Positions 8,597 through 18,270 of a stretch of DNA of 64,000 nt are shown here, in pieces; position 1 is the stretch's first letter; each line of letters starts with the position of its first letter. The notes beneath the pieces are model-generated. The model was not told the DNA's origin and made no database searches. It was given only the letters and a program-made list of their open reading frames with translations. Made by a program: the position numbers and the translations under genes. Source of the stretch: an uncultured Candidatus Saccharibacteria bacterium (GTDB lineage Bacteria; Patescibacteriota; Minisyncoccia; Phycocordibacterales; CAYSCM01); assembly GCA_964429815.1 (NCBI GenBank), contig CAYSCM010000001.1, positions 32,001 through 96,000 of the forward strand. The letters are read 5' to 3'.

Positions 8597-10366
8597 TTAT
8601 TTTTTTTCGGGAAGAAGCTTAACCATCATGTTGTCATTGAACTCTTTTCTTGCAAGTAGCGGCTCGGGATCCTCGAGCGGCCGACCGAACTTTACCTGCG
8701 GGATTACGCGGTGCTTCGGGTTAATCTCGATGTTACAAAACACAGGCCCCCTCATCGCGAGCACCTTCTTAACTCCCCCGCTCAACTCGCGGTTCTTCTT
8801 GATCGTAATGGTTTTGAAGCCAAAGGAGGAAGCAATTTTGGCAAAGTCTGGGAACGCAAGTCCTCCCCCTTCCGAAGACGCAAGATACGCCGAATTAAAC
8901 CACTGATCTTGAGTCTGCTGTATCATACTGTAGCCGTGGTTATTCAATACAAAAATCTTGATCGGAAGTTTGTGCTTGAGAAGGGTACTTAACTCTTGCA
9001 AATTCATTTGGAGTGAACCATCTCCGGTTACACAAATAATTGATTTCTTGTTAAGCGCCAGGCTTACCCCAATGCTCGCCGGCAAAGCCCACCCCATCGC
9101 GGTGTTGTTCCAATCGTGGTAAAGACGCTGACCTTTCTTGAAGGAAAATCCCTGCATCATCCATGCGACCGTGCAGCCGGTATCAATGACCATTACTTCG
9201 TTCTGACGCGTGTAGCGAGAGAGCTCCTCAACAAATACATACGGATTGACCCCTTTCTCTTTGTAGTACGCGGGTGGGCACATGGGATATTTTTTCTTCC
9301 ATGCGGCAATACGTCTAAGCCAGGGTGAGATGTCGTTTTTTGGCAAACGTGCGGCGTGCTTTTGAAATGCCTTCAGCAGCTCTTTTGCGTCACCGGAGAT
9401 ACGCACATCGACTTTCAGGCCAAATTTTTTAAACTTCTTAAGTTCGTAGGGGTCAATATCGATGACTATCTTTTTTGCCTCTCGCGCAAACGTGTTGGGA
9501 GGACTACCCGTCGATTTGGTATCAAGACGGCTTCCGATTGAGAGGATCATGTCAGCGTTCTGGACGGCAAAATTGGCAAACCGCGTGCCGTGAGTGCCAA
9601 AGGTGCCGATGCGAAGTGGATGACTCTCTGGCAGGAGATCCCCTGCCCCCCATGTGAGTGCCGCAGGAAAGCCGAGTGTTTCCAAAAGTGAGATGGCCTC
9701 TTTTTCGGCCCCCGCGAGGTGGATTCCCCACCCAAACACAACGACGGGGCGCTTCGCCTGCCGTAGATAGTTTATGCTTCGAGCTACATCAACCGGCGCT
9801 TTCTTCTTCTCGACGGAGGGTGTAAACGAGGGAAGCTCTCCTGGATTAATTTCTCTGCGCTGAATGTCGTCGGGAATATCGAGCACTACGGGTCCTGGCC
9901 TACCACTTCGCGCCAGAAAGATCGCTTTCTCAAGCTCGTAGCGTATGCGCCTCTCATCGGTGATGAGTATCGCGTACTTAGTGATAGGACGATACATTTC
10001 GACCGTTGCCGTTTCTTGAAAACCCACTTGCCGCACGTTGGTATGACCTTTCATCCTAAAGGTGGCTACTTGGCCGGTAATAAATATGACGGGTACCGAA
10101 TCGTAGTAGGCGGAGCACACTCCCGTGATCATGTTCGTAGCACCTGGCCCTGAGGTGGACATCGCTACACCGAGGCCACCCGTGGCCCTCGCGTACCCGT
10201 CGGCAGCCATTGCCCCCGCTTGCTCGTGTCCTGGACAGATGACCTCCATTCCCCCCGTGCGCGCCACCGAATGAATAAGGTGAAGGGATGCTCCGCCGGA
10301 GATGGCAAAGACATGCTTCACCCCTTCTTTGCGGAGAACCTGTGCTACGTAGTCGGTGAGCTTCAT
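8597..10366 (-). CDS. thiamine-diphosphate-dependent enzyme, acetolactate-synthase large-subunit-like (candidate sugar C-branching enzyme, YerE-like)
   Basis: N-terminal TPP pyrimidine-binding domain (AISGGASLHLIH...GPGATNMITG). Central domain. C-terminal TPP-binding GDGSLQMNLQELST...NNHGY motif. Confidence 0.7.
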   Translation of the reverse strand: MKLTDYVAQVLRKEGVKHVFAISGGASLHLIHSVARTGGMEVICPGHEQAGAMAADGYARATGGLGVAMSTSGPGATNMITGVCSAYYDSVPVIFITGQVATFRMKGHTNVRQVGFQETATVEMYRPITKYAILITDERRIRYELEKAIFLARSGRPGPVVLDIPDDIQRREINPGELPSFTPSVEKKKAPVDVARSINYLRQAKRPVVVFGWGIHLAGAEKEAISLLETLGFPAALTWGAGDLLPESHPLRIGTFGTHGTRFANFAVQNADMILSIGSRLDTKSTGSPPNTFAREAKKIVIDIDPYELKKFKKFGLKVDVRISGDAKELLKAFQKHAARLPKNDISPWLRRIAAWKKKYPMCPPAYYKEKGVNPYVFVEELSRYTRQNEVMVIDTGCTVAWMMQGFSFKKGQRLYHDWNNTAMGWALPASIGVSLALNKKSIICVTGDGSLQMNLQELSTLLKHKLPIKIFVLNNHGYSMIQQTQDQWFNSAYLASSEGGGLAFPDFAKIASSFGFKTITIKKNRELSGGVKKVLAMRGPVFCNIEINPKHRVIPQVKFGRPLEDPEPLLARKEFNDNMMVKLLPEKK

Positions 10367-10370
10367 GGCG

Positions 10371-11228
10371 CTACCAGGGCATCTGCTCCTTAACGCTTAT
10401 AAAGAGTGTCCCGTCACGGTAGCTCTCGGGCATATCGCCGGCTTTTGTGACAAGTCCCCACCCTATCTTCTGCGAGAACAAATTGACGCCGGAGCCTGTA
10501 AAGTGCTTGAAAATGTGCTTGGCATTCTCCGCGGTCCCAACCTCGACCAGGCCGTCACAGCTCTCCCAATCGGAAGCTTCGGTCGAGAGGAGTACTTCCT
10601 TCTCGTGCCCTTCGACGTCCATTTTGATGAGATCAGCGCCGGCGAGAATCGGCCCGAACGCTTCGAGCTCCACGGAGAACATTTCCCGATCCCCGTAGAC
10701 GTCGTGCTTTGCTCCCGAGAGGTGACTCCCCGTAGTGTTGCCGAGCACTCGGGTAAAATCTGCTGAACCCGAGCGACTTGAGACGGCGCTGTTGTGAAGG
10801 CTGGCAGAATTACATCCGTTACGCGCAAGATTTTTTTTGAGGATATCGAAATGAACCGGATCGGGCTCGTAGGAGGAAACCTTAAAACCACAACGACAAA
10901 GGATAATCGAGTGAAGTCCAATATTTGCTCCGAGGTCTACAACGCTCGTATAGCGATTGCGATTGCGCCAGTAAAAACTGAAAATAACGAGTTCATTGAG
11001 GTCAAAGAGATTCCGCGAATCGACATTACCCATGTTGTGGTATGGAAACGAGATATCTCCAAATGGCGGAAAGTGGACCGACTCTTTTGAATCAACGGGA
11101 AAGAGCCTCTCCACTTCCTTCCGAGCTTTGGCGGCACGTTCTTTGAATGGCGCGCTTGTCGGAGTATGAGAGGGTAATTCCTGCGGGAGCGTGGCAAAGA
11201 TATTCTCCAAAAAAGCCGAGGATTCCAT
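10371..11228 (-). CDS. FkbM-family methyltransferase
   Basis: VVDLGANIGLHS and IKMDVEGHE motifs characteristic of the FkbM family. Confidence 0.6.
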   Translation of the reverse strand: MESSAFLENIFATLPQELPSHTPTSAPFKERAAKARKEVERLFPVDSKESVHFPPFGDISFPYHNMGNVDSRNLFDLNELVIFSFYWRNRNRYTSVVDLGANIGLHSIILCRCGFKVSSYEPDPVHFDILKKNLARNGCNSASLHNSAVSSRSGSADFTRVLGNTTGSHLSGAKHDVYGDREMFSVELEAFGPILAGADLIKMDVEGHEKEVLLSTEASDWESCDGLVEVGTAENAKHIFKHFTGSGVNLFSQKIGWGLVTKAGDMPESYRDGTLFISVKEQMPW

Positions 11229-11244
11229 GACGGGAGATACCCTA

Positions 11245-12042
11245 TCAGATTTTTCGTAATTTTAATAGCTCGGGGTCACGCGCGAGCGTTTTTGAAAAGC
11301 GCGCGCTCCCCCACGCGTCATAGACAACGTGTACATCTCTTCCCCCGACTACCTTTTTTGCTGACCCAATGACCCAGTCGAGACAGTCGAGAACTCGCTC
11401 CATGGGTATAAAGTCCCCGCGCGCTAGCTTTTTCCTTGTTCGAGCATACGTATCGCCCGCGCGCCTGCCGGCGGTGATAGTCTCCTGATGGATTTTGCTG
11501 CGCACCCAACCGGGGCCTATGGTGACGAAGCGAGCATCGTTCAGCTCCGCGTCGAGGATTTCAAACATTTTTATGGTCGCTATCTTTGAAACGGTATACG
11601 CCGAGAAATTGCGTGGTGCGTTGTTCGTCCCCCCACCAGAAAATGAAATTATGCAGGGTTTTTTGGATTTCGAACGTCTGGGCAGAAGTCCGTGGATGAT
11701 GCCCATGTGAGAAAGAAAATTGAGGCGAATTGATTTTTCCCAGTCTCCGAAAGAAACGCGTTGAAAAGCTCCTATGGGCGTAAGGGTCGCCGGAGCCAGT
11801 ACAAGAACGTCCCAGGCCACCGCGAGGCTCCGCAACGTACGTAGCGCCCTATGTACAGAGGCAGGTCGAGCGACGTCACAGTGTATAAGGTGTGCGCCAA
11901 GTTTTTGCAATCCTTCTGTGGTGTGGCTGCCGGTTCTATACGTGCCGAAAACCGCCCAGCCGCGGTTTAAGTATCTTCGAGCTATGGCGGTGCCGATATC
12001 GCTTGAAATGCCGACGATGATTATTGAGCCAGTTTTTTTCAT
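11245..12042 (-). CDS. short-chain dehydrogenase/reductase (SDR)
   Basis: N-terminal IIIVGISSDIGTAI glycine-rich motif and YTVSK (YxxxK) catalytic motif. Confidence 0.6.
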   Translation of the reverse strand: MKKTGSIIIVGISSDIGTAIARRYLNRGWAVFGTYRTGSHTTEGLQKLGAHLIHCDVARPASVHRALRTLRSLAVAWDVLVLAPATLTPIGAFQRVSFGDWEKSIRLNFLSHMGIIHGLLPRRSKSKKPCIISFSGGGTNNAPRNFSAYTVSKIATIKMFEILDAELNDARFVTIGPGWVRSKIHQETITAGRRAGDTYARTRKKLARGDFIPMERVLDCLDWVIGSAKKVVGGRDVHVVYDAWGSARFSKTLARDPELLKLRKI

Positions 12043-12215
12043 GACGCGCTCTTTTGGTTGATGACGCTCGCGTTTTTCACGAATATGCCTATACTACACT
12101 ACTGCGCCACCGCAGGTTTCCAACCTACAAAACGCAGTGGAAAAGAAAAATTAATGGGTACGGTGAATTACAACGGGTCGAAACTTGACCCGTCTCTGGT
12201 AGAGTTGTACAGAAC

Positions 12216-13496
12216 ATGCGCCAAAAATTGAGCACCCTTGTCGAAAAACTGACGGTCGCGACCGGCATAAACTTTTCCTACCTCCTGCGCGGAGGGTCCT
12301 GGGCGTTTTCCGAGCAGGTGGTTACCAACGCCATCTCCCTCCTCCAGGCCATCGCGTTTGCCAACCTTATCTCTCCGCAGACGTATGGAGTGTTTAGTGT
12401 CGTGCAATCGTGGATAGGCATTCTCGTTACGTTCGCGCTCGGGAGCCTTCCAAACGCGCTTATAAAAAGCGTTGCGGAAGGCAACGACGGGGAGCTCAAA
12501 CGCGGATTTCTCCTCAAGCTTAAGTATGCTCCCCTTGCCTCTCTGCTCGGGCTCGGATTCTCCTTCTACTATCTATTTATAGGGAACAATACGACCCTCG
12601 CTTACTCGTTTCTCATTGCTTCGTTTTGCATGCCGCTTTACGTAGCGCTTCCGCAGGTCACGTTCTTCCTGTTCGCCAAGGGAGCATTTCTCGATAAGTT
12701 CATCGTGCAAGTGAGCGTTAGTCTTGCTTCGCTGGCAGGAATGACTATTTCAATGCTCTATTTCGGTTCTGTTCCATACCTGATGCTCGCCTACTTCATT
12801 CCACCGATCATCGTGAACGGCATCTTTTTTTGGCGCACGCTGCGCACCAAGGTTCATAATGCCAAGACCGGCGCGAACACGGAGCGGTTTGCGCTCCACC
12901 TTACGGGCATGAGTCTTCTTGGTTCGATAACCAAAAACATCGACCAACTCCTCATGTTCCACTTCAGCGGCGCAGTTCAGCTCGCGGTATATAAATTTGC
13001 CTTGATTCCCATACGAAAGCTGGAGACCTTTTTCCAGATCATCCTCGATCTGCTCCTCCCGCGATTTGCCAAGAGAGAGTACCGCGAGATTTACCAGGGG
13101 TTCGACAGAAAGCTCCTCCTTTCAGGCGCTTTTTCGTTGACGGTCGTGGCTGTTTATTTTTTCAGCATCCCCTACCTCTACAAGCTCTTTTTCCCGAAAT
13201 ACACCGACGCGGTGATATACTCGCGACTCCTTTCCCTGCTGTTTTTGTTTGGCCCTCTCTCATACGTTCAGCAGCTTTGGCTTGCGAAGGCGGAAACTAA
13301 ACGTCTCTATTTTTTAAAAATTCTCGGTGATTCCACCCGGATCTCACTTCATGTCGCGCTTATTCCCGTATTTGGGATCGCCGGTGCAGTGGGAAGCCGG
13401 ATGGTCGCATCCTCCTTTGTCAGCACCGCGGCATTCATTTTATTTTTGAAGGATAGGAGACGGTACGGTAAAGGCTCGAAGCGCCAATCGCAGTAA
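12216..13496 (+). CDS. polysaccharide/oligosaccharide flippase (Wzx-like MOP superfamily membrane protein)
   Basis: 426 aa, about 12 predicted hydrophobic helices, with Wzx-like topology and length. The only plus-strand gene in this part of the locus. Confidence 0.55.
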   Translation: MRQKLSTLVEKLTVATGINFSYLLRGGSWAFSEQVVTNAISLLQAIAFANLISPQTYGVFSVVQSWIGILVTFALGSLPNALIKSVAEGNDGELKRGFLLKLKYAPLASLLGLGFSFYYLFIGNNTTLAYSFLIASFCMPLYVALPQVTFFLFAKGAFLDKFIVQVSVSLASLAGMTISMLYFGSVPYLMLAYFIPPIIVNGIFFWRTLRTKVHNAKTGANTERFALHLTGMSLLGSITKNIDQLLMFHFSGAVQLAVYKFALIPIRKLETFFQIILDLLLPRFAKREYREIYQGFDRKLLLSGAFSLTVVAVYFFSIPYLYKLFFPKYTDAVIYSRLLSLLFLFGPLSYVQQLWLAKAETKRLYFLKILGDSTRISLHVALIPVFGIAGAVGSRMVASSFVSTAAFILFLKDRRRYGKGSKRQSQ

Positions 13497-13508
13497 AAAA
13501 CCTTACTA

Positions 13509-14732
13509 TCACGCGCTCCCGCGGGGAGCGAGGGTGTGCGGCCAGGTAAGTACGCCAAGATCTGCCTCCTCGATGTTCTCTTTCCATTTTCGCATATCCG
13601 AAACCGAGATAAGATGTGCAAATTCCTTTTTCAGGGTTTCGAGTGTTTCCTGTTCCCAGGAAACTTTCTGAAATGCTTGTCGTTGCCACGGAAACGAGTC
13701 ACCTTCCTTGAGCCAGCTGTAGTTGTTGGCGACGTCGGGCATCACGAAACTGGACGCAAAGTACGCTATATCATCCCGCAAAAAGGCCCACGAGAGAGGG
13801 CCACTCGAGACGCACAGGTAAAAGAGCGCGCGCTGTACTAGGGCTAGATCCTGCTCGCTGTTCGTCCCATAGTCTTTGGTAAAGATAACGTTTGGCCCGC
13901 GCAGCGCTTCATTGATCTCGGCTCCCCTGCCTAAAATAATGAAGGTGCACTCGGGATACTGCTTCGAACAGTACCTAAAAAATTCTCGCCAGACTTTCGG
14001 TTTAGCGTTTCGGTGCGAGGCAAAAAAGGGATTGCTGCGCAGGCTGACCGCTACGGCGTATCCAGGCGCATGTTTTTTGATAAATGCTCGTGCCCACGCA
14101 TCAGTGAGGGCGGGTATCTTCAGCTTCGGTAGAGATCCGTACCGCTCGTAGAATTCCTTGAAAAACAAGTAGCCACGACGGTAGGGAGAATTGCTATTTA
14201 CGTAGTCAAAAAGAGATGGGGTGAGGATATACTTTCCCCGGCGCTCAGCGAGAAAAGACTCGAATTCATCCCTGGAATCGAAAATGTGGACCGACCCCAA
14301 CTTTGGATTGGTACGCAAAACAGGAAAAATCTCAATGAAGTGGAGCGGGACATTTTCTTTGGTGATCCAACCCGCATATTTAGAATGTCGACTAGGTCTT
14401 TCTCTGTCGTATACAAAAGCGTAGTCGATCTTTTCAACTTCATGGATGTGGGCCTCGCATAGCGTCCTGATCTGGTGCTCGATCAGTATCCCAAATGAGA
14501 CATCGGTGGTGAGAAAATCATTAATGCCCAGAATCCTTCGATCATTTCGCTCGTGGCGACGCAGAACGTAGCGGGCATAGCGCATCGAACCAACAATGCC
14601 TCGACGATACCAACGTTCATACACGCGATACGTCAAAAAATTGACTGCGACATCAAAGGCGGGTACCAAAAAGGGGGGCAGCATTTTTCGAAAATGCACA
14701 ACCGCAGGTTTCTTGTTGAGTGCGCGCAACAT
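13509..14732 (-). CDS. hypothetical protein; C-terminal half weakly GT9 (heptosyltransferase)-like
   Basis: LFYLCVSSGPLSWAFL resembles the GT9 donor-site motif (DSGPMHLAAA). No N-terminal match. Embedded next to ADP-heptose genes. Confidence 0.35.
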   Translation of the reverse strand: MLRALNKKPAVVHFRKMLPPFLVPAFDVAVNFLTYRVYERWYRRGIVGSMRYARYVLRRHERNDRRILGINDFLTTDVSFGILIEHQIRTLCEAHIHEVEKIDYAFVYDRERPSRHSKYAGWITKENVPLHFIEIFPVLRTNPKLGSVHIFDSRDEFESFLAERRGKYILTPSLFDYVNSNSPYRRGYLFFKEFYERYGSLPKLKIPALTDAWARAFIKKHAPGYAVAVSLRSNPFFASHRNAKPKVWREFFRYCSKQYPECTFIILGRGAEINEALRGPNVIFTKDYGTNSEQDLALVQRALFYLCVSSGPLSWAFLRDDIAYFASSFVMPDVANNYSWLKEGDSFPWQRQAFQKVSWEQETLETLKKEFAHLISVSDMRKWKENIEEADLGVLTWPHTLAPRGSA

Positions 14733-14733
14733 G

Positions 14734-15231
14734 TTAGCGTCGGTAGGTTGAATTTTTTTTGATTGCCGTAATGATATCGCGTGTGCTTAATTTTTTGTCT
14801 TTCGTAAAGGTAATCCTGCAACCCACCTTCTGAGCGCTTTGTATTTCCTCTGCGAAATCTTTATTCGGCGGGATACCGCGGTAATCGGGACCGCGCACAT
14901 ACAGGTCCGGCTTGAGAGCACGTATGAATCTTGATCCATTGTTAGCATCATTAATGAACACGAAATCAACCGGGCGAAGCTGCGAGAGCATGTAGGCCCG
15001 CATATGCTCGGTGAACACCGGGCGGCCGATACCTTTTTGTCTTCGTACCTGTTTATCACTTGCGATCGCAACCACGAGCACATCACAGAGGCGCTTTGCG
15101 GATTCAAAATGCATCGCATGCCCGGGGTGGAGCAGATCATAGTTGCCGTTACAAAAACCGATGATCTTCCCCTCCTTTTTACGTCGAGCAAGTATGGGAC
15201 GAAGCTGCTGAAAGGAGATGATGCGTGCCAT
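14734..15231 (-). CDS. D-glycero-beta-D-manno-heptose-1-phosphate adenylyltransferase (HldE/RfaE domain II-like cytidylyltransferase fold)
   Basis: GFCNGNYDLLHPGH nucleotidyltransferase HxGH motif. About 165 aa, as in stand-alone RfaE-II. Confidence 0.65.
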   Translation of the reverse strand: MARIISFQQLRPILARRKKEGKIIGFCNGNYDLLHPGHAMHFESAKRLCDVLVVAIASDKQVRRQKGIGRPVFTEHMRAYMLSQLRPVDFVFINDANNGSRFIRALKPDLYVRGPDYRGIPPNKDFAEEIQSAQKVGCRITFTKDKKLSTRDIITAIKKNSTYRR

Positions 15232-15233
15232 AG

Positions 15234-16238
15234 CTACGGCTGATGGATATACTCGCGTGGATACTTTTTAAGTACATCCCACGACTCAGTGAGCCAAGAG
15301 ATAACTTCCTCAACCCCTCGCTCGAGCGGAATGCGCGGTTTCCACCCAAGAGCCTTCGCGGTCCCTCCAAACGAAAGCGCATAGACCTTATCCTGTCCAG
15401 GACGACCTTCACTCACTTTGGCGACTTCATTGAAACGAACCCCCATCTTGCGACACACGAGCTCAACGACGCCTCGAATGGAGCTCTGAGTGTGTGTCGA
15501 AAAATGATACACGCCACCAGACTTCCCTTTCTGGATCACGAGCTCAATACCGCGACATACATCCTCGATGTGTATGAAGCTACGCTTGATGGTGCCCCCT
15601 TGGTGAAGCGAGAGTTTAGTACCAACAAGGACCGAGAGGACCGTTTTTGGGATTACTTTGAAGAGCTGCTGATGCGCTCCATAGACATTCGCCGAGCGCA
15701 CAAAGCACACCGGAAAACCCTTGGTCTTATGGAGCGCGATGAGGAAGAGATCCCCTGCTCCCTTTGAGGCGGCGTAGGGCGTCGTCGGATTAAAGTAGGT
15801 AAGCGTCTCGGGGCCGCTGTATGAACCGTAAATTTCCGGCGTCGATATTTGTATGTACTTTTTTAAATAGGCCGTGTCTTTGAGGTGATCCGCGAGAGCA
15901 ACAATACCCAAGCAGTTGGTTCTAAACCAATCAAGCGGTTTTTTCCAACTAGCCTCAACGATGCCTTGGGCCGCGAAATTCACGACTATGTCAGGACGCT
16001 CGCTATCAAGGAGAGCGGCAAGTTTTTTTACATCTTTGTTTACGTCGAGCTTATGGAAACGATAGCGGCGCGCGGAGGGTTTTTTCCCTTTGTAGAGGTA
16101 GGGCAAAAATTCAGGCTCCTTCTCAGATGAGCGACTAATACCGATGACTATGTAATTTGTTTTCCGAAGCAGGTAATCGACGAGGTGTCCTCCCGAAAAA
16201 GAATTACTCCCGATGATAGCTATTTTTTTCAGAGCCAT
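15234..16238 (-). CDS. NAD-dependent NDP-sugar epimerase/dehydratase (extended SDR)
   Basis: IIGSNSFSGGHL Rossmann motif and YAASK catalytic motif. Confidence 0.6.
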   Translation of the reverse strand: MALKKIAIIGSNSFSGGHLVDYLLRKTNYIVIGISRSSEKEPEFLPYLYKGKKPSARRYRFHKLDVNKDVKKLAALLDSERPDIVVNFAAQGIVEASWKKPLDWFRTNCLGIVALADHLKDTAYLKKYIQISTPEIYGSYSGPETLTYFNPTTPYAASKGAGDLFLIALHKTKGFPVCFVRSANVYGAHQQLFKVIPKTVLSVLVGTKLSLHQGGTIKRSFIHIEDVCRGIELVIQKGKSGGVYHFSTHTQSSIRGVVELVCRKMGVRFNEVAKVSEGRPGQDKVYALSFGGTAKALGWKPRIPLERGVEEVISWLTESWDVLKKYPREYIHQP

Positions 16239-16249
16239 GTGAGCAAAGT

Positions 16250-17317
16250 TTAAAACGGACCGGTAAAACGCTTATCGGGCACATCGAGCGGCGTCGTGCG
16301 TTTCTTCTCTTCCGCTGCGACGAGCGACTCTAATTTTTTTGTATCCCCCTCAACCATAGAGACCACCATTCTGGCCATATCGATATAGCGCGGGTAGTAC
16401 TCATTGGCAAGCGCAGGCGTTGATGGGCTTGGCAGATCCGGCGCGGTAAGCCGGCGAGGGTTGGTCCGTAGACTGATTGTCGAATCCTCCGCGACTTGTG
16501 TGATTATCTCTCCCGCGACCCCGAAGCTGCGATGCCCGAGATCGGCCACAAGCAGCCGTCCTGTTTTTTTGACTGAGCGTGCTATTGTCTCGGTATCAAG
16601 AGGTTTAAGACTTCGCACATCGACGACCTCGGCGCTCACGCCAACCTTTTGGAGTAACTCCTGCGCACGCAGAGCCTCGTAGGTGAAGTAGGACGTTGTT
16701 ACAAGGGAAACATCGCTTCCCCGGCGCATTATACGAGCCTTGCCGATGGGCACCCTATAGTGACCCTCGGGAACATCTTCAGCAAGATCATGGAGCCATC
16801 GATGATCGATATATATGACCGGATTATCGTCCTCAATCGCGGCGAGCATCAGTCCCTTGGCATCGGAGGGGGTCGCGGGCATCACTACCTTGAGCCCGGG
16901 GATGTGCGCATAGAGGGCTTGGAGATTTTGTGAATGCTGCGGGCCCTGCCCCCATCCCATGCCGATGGTCATTTTCACCGTAAGGGGTACCGATTGCGCT
17001 CCGTTGTACATGTACGACCATTTCGCCGCATTGTTGATCACCTGCTCGATCGCAAGAAGGCTGAAGTCAACTCTCTGGTGCGTTAGGACTGGGCGCATCC
17101 CATTTACCGCCGCACCGATGCAGATCCCGGTTACCGCGAGCTCAGAAGTTGGCATATCAAGTACTCGTTTTGCGCCATGTTTTTTCTGAAGTCCCGTCGT
17201 CGTGCCAAAAATTCCCTTTGGATCAGGGACACCCAATCCTATAAGGAACACCGACTTGTCTTTAGCCAGAGCAAGATCAAATGCTTCTCGTATTGCTTGC
17301 GAATATGTTTTACGCAT
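16250..17317 (-). CDS. TPP-dependent 2-oxoacid dehydrogenase E1 component, beta subunit-like (transketolase-like C-terminal domains)
   Basis: E1-beta-like pyrimidine-binding and C-terminal transketolase domains. ATG 17317 overlaps the upstream alpha-subunit stop by 8 nt (ATGCGTAA), implying translational coupling. The track ORF extends to 17401. Confidence 0.7.
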   Translation of the reverse strand: MRKTYSQAIREAFDLALAKDKSVFLIGLGVPDPKGIFGTTTGLQKKHGAKRVLDMPTSELAVTGICIGAAVNGMRPVLTHQRVDFSLLAIEQVINNAAKWSYMYNGAQSVPLTVKMTIGMGWGQGPQHSQNLQALYAHIPGLKVVMPATPSDAKGLMLAAIEDDNPVIYIDHRWLHDLAEDVPEGHYRVPIGKARIMRRGSDVSLVTTSYFTYEALRAQELLQKVGVSAEVVDVRSLKPLDTETIARSVKKTGRLLVADLGHRSFGVAGEIITQVAEDSTISLRTNPRRLTAPDLPSPSTPALANEYYPRYIDMARMVVSMVEGDTKKLESLVAAEEKKRTTPLDVPDKRFTGPF

Positions 17318-18269
17318 AGAGGTGTTCGGCAAGAGCTTCCCTCTTTGGAAACGGGCTCTTTTCGGCAAAACGGAATGCTCCATCAACCTGTCGAATCGCA
17401 TCGTTTCGGATTTTTTCGATGAGGTCGCTAGAAAGCACCTCTTTCTTCAGGAGCTCACGCTCGAACATCGCGACAGGATCCTTCTTCTTCCACACGGCAA
17501 CCTCCTTCGGATCACGGTACCCAAGCTCGTCATCAAAATTTGGGCCGCAGTGCTCACGGTAGCGGTAGGTCGAAAATTCCAAAAAAACTGGACCCGAACG
17601 GACGGCTTTTCTGGCTTTTGTTGCGGCAGCGAGAACGGTCGAAACATCGTTACCATCGTGGCGCGACGCAGGAATGCCGTGCCCTTTGGCAAGCGCGTAG
17701 ATGGGGCGTTTAGGTTGGCGCTCAGAGAGATGTGTGTACACCGAGAAGCGGTTATCTTCGCACACAAATACAATGGGTAGTTTGTGGAGCGCCGCAAAAT
17801 TGAGACTTTCATGGAAAGCCCCCTCCTCGACGGTACCATCCCCAAAAAACGAAACGATGACGCGGTTTTCCTTCCGGAGCTTCGCTGCAAACGCCGCTCC
17901 CGTTGCAATCGGAATGCTGTTGCCGACGATGGGTGTGGCCCCGCCAAAACCGGCCTTGAGATCAATGAGGTGCATGGAGCCGCCCTTGCCACCGCAGCAG
18001 CCCGTAGCTTTGCCATAGAGCTCAGCCATCATCGCATTGAGGTTGCCGCCTTTAGCGAGGTAATGAGCGTGACAGCGATGGGTACTATACACGAGATCCT
18101 CTGCCGTGAGCGCCGCGCACACCCCAACCGCAACGGCCTCTTGGCCGATCGAGAGGTGGACGGGACAGCGCATCTTTCCTTCGCTATAGCGACGAGCTAT
18201 CGTCTCTTCCGTCGTGCGTATGAGAATGAGCTTGCGGTAGAGCGATAGGAGTGCTTCATTTTTCTTCAT
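17310..18269 (-). CDS. TPP-dependent 2-oxoacid dehydrogenase E1 component, alpha subunit-like
   Basis: GDG...EG TPP-binding motif region (SFFGDGTVEEGAFHESLNFAAL) and PIVFVCEDN motif typical of E1 alpha. No E2 or E3 genes in the window. Confidence 0.7.
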   Translation of the reverse strand: MKKNEALLSLYRKLILIRTTEETIARRYSEGKMRCPVHLSIGQEAVAVGVCAALTAEDLVYSTHRCHAHYLAKGGNLNAMMAELYGKATGCCGGKGGSMHLIDLKAGFGGATPIVGNSIPIATGAAFAAKLRKENRVIVSFFGDGTVEEGAFHESLNFAALHKLPIVFVCEDNRFSVYTHLSERQPKRPIYALAKGHGIPASRHDGNDVSTVLAAATKARKAVRSGPVFLEFSTYRYREHCGPNFDDELGYRDPKEVAVWKKKDPVAMFERELLKKEVLSSDLIEKIRNDAIRQVDGAFRFAEKSPFPKREALAEHLYA

Positions 18270-18270
18270 G

